Of a stretch of 62,961 bases of DNA, positions 60,215-62,961 are shown piece by piece (within the stretch, counting starts at the first letter, position 1; each line of letters opens with the position of its first letter). This stretch comes from an uncultured Clostridium sp. GTDB lineage: Bacteria > Bacillota > Clostridia > TANB77 > CAG-508. The stretch covers positions 66,099-129,059 of the forward strand of contig CAMMVE010000001.1 in assembly GCA_946500265.1 (NCBI GenBank), written 5' to 3'. Under the pieces are notes generated by a model. The model saw only the letters and a list, made by a program, of their open reading frames with translations, made no database searches and was not told the DNA's origin. The position numbers were made by a program, and so were the translations under genes.

Positions 60215-60409
60215 ATGTCTATGTATTGTAGGTTCTGCGGTAAGCAAATTGAAAATGATAGTCGGTACTGCAAATATTGCGGAAAAAAGTTAAAGAAAAG
60301 AAGGTGGAGGAAATATACTCAGAATTTGCAAAAAGATACGATTTATACTATAAGGAATGGATATAGTGATCCTGATTATTCACCTGATGATGATCATGTA
60401 GTAGGTTAG
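60215..60409 (+). CDS. Small zinc-ribbon protein
   Basis: YCRFCGK.I.....YCKYCG; RBS AGGAGG; downstream hairpin about 60427-60464. Confidence 0.75.
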   Translation: MSMYCRFCGKQIENDSRYCKYCGKKLKKRRWRKYTQNLQKDTIYTIRNGYSDPDYSPDDDHVVG

Positions 60410-60554
60410 TTTATTGTATGGACCAGAAATGCTATAAACGTCTAGTTGATGTTTATGGCATTTTATTTTTGGAAAATTTTTATCAATCAAAAATAAAATT
60501 AAAATAAATAAAAAAATGAAAACGAGAAAAAATAATAATAAGGAGGTATTTAAA

Positions 60555-61709
60555 ATGCAAAAAACATTAAAAATTATTATTTTTTCTTTATTTTTAATTG
60601 CAGCTTTATTTATAGTTCCAAATATAAGTAATGCGGCAGAAACTGAAACAGCTACAGATGAAAGTACATTAAAAAGTGCTATAGAAAATGTTAATGATGG
60701 TGGAACTGTTGAAATTCAAAATAATATAACAATTACTGGACCAATTGTCATTCAAAAAGAACTTACAATTGATGGTAATGGTTATACTTTAGCTGGTTCT
60801 ACAGAGTGGACTTCTACAAGTGGAAACCAAACAATGTTTACTGCACAATTTGCAGCTGGAAAACTTACATTAAAAGACATTGATCTAAATAATGGACCAA
60901 AATATGGTGTACAAGCATATGATGGAGCAACTGTAATATTGGATAATGTTTCAATTACCGGATTTAGATATGGTGGAGTTCTTGTAAACGGTGGTAATGT
61001 TGAAGTAAGAGATTTACACTTAGGAACAAACGGTACTGGTGAAAACAACGGCATTGAAATCGACAAAGGAGCAGCAGCTACAAATAATCCTACATTGACA
61101 ATGAATGGAACATTAACTTCTGATAATGCAGAAAATGTTGTGCGTCCTGCAGGAAATGGACATCTTACAGATTTTACAATAACTAACACAGAAAATACAA
61201 CAAATAAAGTAGTAATTGCTGGAGATAAAGTTGTATTAACAGATGAAAACAATAATGTTATATCTGAAAGTGCTATACCTGAAGATGCAACACCTATTAC
61301 AAATGAACCTAAAAAAGTAATTGTTACTTTAATGGTAGGTGGAGAAATAGAAAAGCAAATTACAATAGATGAAGGCACAACAATAACAGCAGATTTTTTA
61401 AAGTCTCACATTACGGTTGAAGGCGGATACGAAGTTGAAGGATTTTACACAGATGAAGCTTACACAGACAAATTTGATTTTACAACTGCGCTAAATTCAG
61501 ATGTTACAATTTATGCAAGAATAGCTGAAATACCAACAGAACCAGAAAAACCAGAACAAAAACCAGAAGAGAAGCCTGGAACTGACAACAATGAAAAAGA
61601 TGAAGTGCCACAAACAGGTGTGGAAAATTATCTAGGAATGGCAGTATTAGGTATTATGCTTTCAGTTGGAGCAATGATTTATACAAGAAATAAACAAAAT
61701 AAAGAGTAA
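60555..61709 (+). CDS. Sortase-anchored surface protein (VPQTG) with beta-helix-like and InlB B-repeat-like domains
   Basis: Signal peptide, LTIDGNGYTL, GY.VEGFYTD.....KFDF......D.TIYA, PEKPE linker, VPQTG + TM + basic tail. Confidence 0.82.
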   Translation: MQKTLKIIIFSLFLIAALFIVPNISNAAETETATDESTLKSAIENVNDGGTVEIQNNITITGPIVIQKELTIDGNGYTLAGSTEWTSTSGNQTMFTAQFAAGKLTLKDIDLNNGPKYGVQAYDGATVILDNVSITGFRYGGVLVNGGNVEVRDLHLGTNGTGENNGIEIDKGAAATNNPTLTMNGTLTSDNAENVVRPAGNGHLTDFTITNTENTTNKVVIAGDKVVLTDENNNVISESAIPEDATPITNEPKKVIVTLMVGGEIEKQITIDEGTTITADFLKSHITVEGGYEVEGFYTDEAYTDKFDFTTALNSDVTIYARIAEIPTEPEKPEQKPEEKPGTDNNEKDEVPQTGVENYLGMAVLGIMLSVGAMIYTRNKQNKE

Positions 61710-61719
61710 TATAAGAAAG

Positions 61720-61761
61720 GTGAAACACGGGGACACATTTAAATGTGTCCTCAGTATTTCA
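61720..61761. repeat. Subfamily C element with compensatory change
   Basis: GTGAAACACGGGGACACATTTAAATGTGTCCTCAGTATTTCA. Confidence 0.88.
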
Positions 61762-61823
61762 TTACATACTAAAGGTTTAAAAGATGATAAAAGACATTTC
61801 TATGAAGTCTGAGGAGGAATGGT

Positions 61824-62663
61824 TTGAAAGAAAAAGATGATAAAGACTTTGTTTATACTATATTATATATTATTTTTATGACGATAATTATAATTTCGGC
61901 ATTATATATTTTTAAATTTTATAAAATGAGTAATGAAGCTACAGAAGAAAGTCAATTGCTAAATGAAATTGACTTAGAAACACAGGAAAAAGCAAATAAT
62001 AGTAGTAATGACATAGAAACAAAGAATAATGAGGCAGATGGAAATACGAGCAAAAATATTGAAAATAATAATATAGTAACCACAGAAAGAATGCTTAAAG
62101 TAAAAAAGCTACAAAAGGAAAATGACGATATAGTTGGATGGCTAGAAATAGAGGATACAAATATAAATTATCCTGTACTTCAAGGGGATGATAATGAATT
62201 TTATCTAAATCGTAATTATAAAAAGGAAAAATCAGAAAAGGGTTCCATTTTTTTAGATGCGAAATATAATTGGAATATTCCAAGCAATAATTTACTGATA
62301 TATGGGCACAACATAATTAATGGTCTAATGTTTCAAGATTTATTAAAATATGAAAGTCAAGATTTCTATAAAAAGCATCCCAATATTAAGTTTACTACAG
62401 AAAAGGACGATAAAGAATATGAAATAATTTCTGTATTTAAATCAAGAGTTTATTACAAAGCGGAAAAAAATGTGTTTAGATATTATGATTTCATAAATGC
62501 AAAGAAAGAAGAGGATTATATGGAATTTGTTAAAAATGCGAAAAAAGCATCAATTTATGATACTGAAACAACCGCTAAATATGGAGATGAATTAATTACG
62601 TTGGTTACGTGCTCATATCATATAGAAGATGGGAGGTTTGTAGTAATTGGAAGAGAAAAATAA
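61824..62663 (+). CDS. srtB: Class B sortase
   Basis: N.DIVGWL.I..T.INYPVLQ, DN.FYL, GSIFLD, IYGHN, MF..L, TLVTCSY...GR; TTG start after GAGGAGG. Confidence 0.92.
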   Translation: MKEKDDKDFVYTILYIIFMTIIIISALYIFKFYKMSNEATEESQLLNEIDLETQEKANNSSNDIETKNNEADGNTSKNIENNNIVTTERMLKVKKLQKENDDIVGWLEIEDTNINYPVLQGDDNEFYLNRNYKKEKSEKGSIFLDAKYNWNIPSNNLLIYGHNIINGLMFQDLLKYESQDFYKKHPNIKFTTEKDDKEYEIISVFKSRVYYKAEKNVFRYYDFINAKKEEDYMEFVKNAKKASIYDTETTAKYGDELITLVTCSYHIEDGRFVVIGREK

Positions 62664-62664
62664 A

Positions 62665-62784
62665 GTTAATAATCATTTTGCTAAGGTCAGCAAAATGATA
62701 GAACTAGGCAAAGGAGCTAAAAGACAAGTTGAAGACTACATGCTTACAAGATATGCTTGTTACTTAATTGCTCAAAATATTTAA
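62665..62784 (+). pseudogene. dinD: Fragment of DNA-damage-inducible protein D (DinD, Bro-N-like)
   Basis: Reads [39 protein letters not shown], matching the DinD HF....KM..G.GA.R...DY.L.RYACYLI.QN block; no start or RBS, premature stop. Confidence 0.75.
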
Positions 62785-62820
62785 AACTTGAAGTCGCAAT
62801 TTGAGACTTCAAGTTTTAAA
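62780..62820. repeat. Perfect 16-bp inverted repeat
   Basis: TTTAAAACTTGAAGTC-GCAATTTGA-GACTTCAAGTTTTAAA. Confidence 0.8.
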
Positions 62821-62961
62821 ATTAGATAATTTAAATCTCAATTCTAGGCTCATATCTCTCAAGCCACATATTTACTTGGCAAAGATAAGCCATAAGCTGT
62901 GGACCGGTCATTGGCTGTCAGAAAAAGACACGAGGCTATATCCTTAGAGAGAGTAAGAATA

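Noticed and set aside
62830-62961. 3' end of a minus-strand gene at the window end
   Set aside because: Higher-GC sequence with two short competing frames and no recognisable motif; cannot be called from this fragment

Overview
Chromosomal segment of a very AT-rich, spore-forming Clostridia bacterium. Gene content (sigH, spoVS, ytfI/ytfJ, dacF-like, polC, alpha2-type GlyRS, Asn/Thr-rich surface proteins) suggests an uncultured gut lineage such as TANB77; this placement is inference only. Almost all genes lie on the + (probably leading) strand. Housekeeping genes include recA-recX-scpA, rpmE, pgsA-ligA, rqcH, sigH-tRNA-Thr(GGT), ychF, pyrH-frr-uppS-cdsA-rseP-polC, glyQS and ppdK. They are interspersed with an ABC exporter plus two-component system, a RelB-YoeB toxin-antitoxin pair, sortases and their substrates, a FIST-aldehyde dehydrogenase-lactaldehyde reductase operon and several self-contained orphan genes. 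No transposase, integrase, phage gene or CRISPR array was recognised. The most striking unexplained signal is non-coding: about 19 sites of short palindromic elements carry an RGGGAC(A/G) core. The single-unit forms share a fixed 9-bp arm / 13-bp core / 9-bp arm geometry even though arm sequences differ between subfamilies. They mostly occupy stop-codon-to-RBS spacers. One copy sits in frame inside a histidine kinase, one interrupts a duplicate of the sigH promoter scaffold, and one inverted pair brackets a 1.43-kb module (triple-HTH protein, six-box DnaA cluster, pilin-like peptide) between polC and glyQS. Further signals are long AT-armed hairpins sharing a 22-mer, Shine-Dalgarno sites separated from start codons by hairpins (frr, ychF), dense N-x-S/T tracts alongside a GT-C-like membrane protein, and a DinD relic built around protein-coding palindromes.
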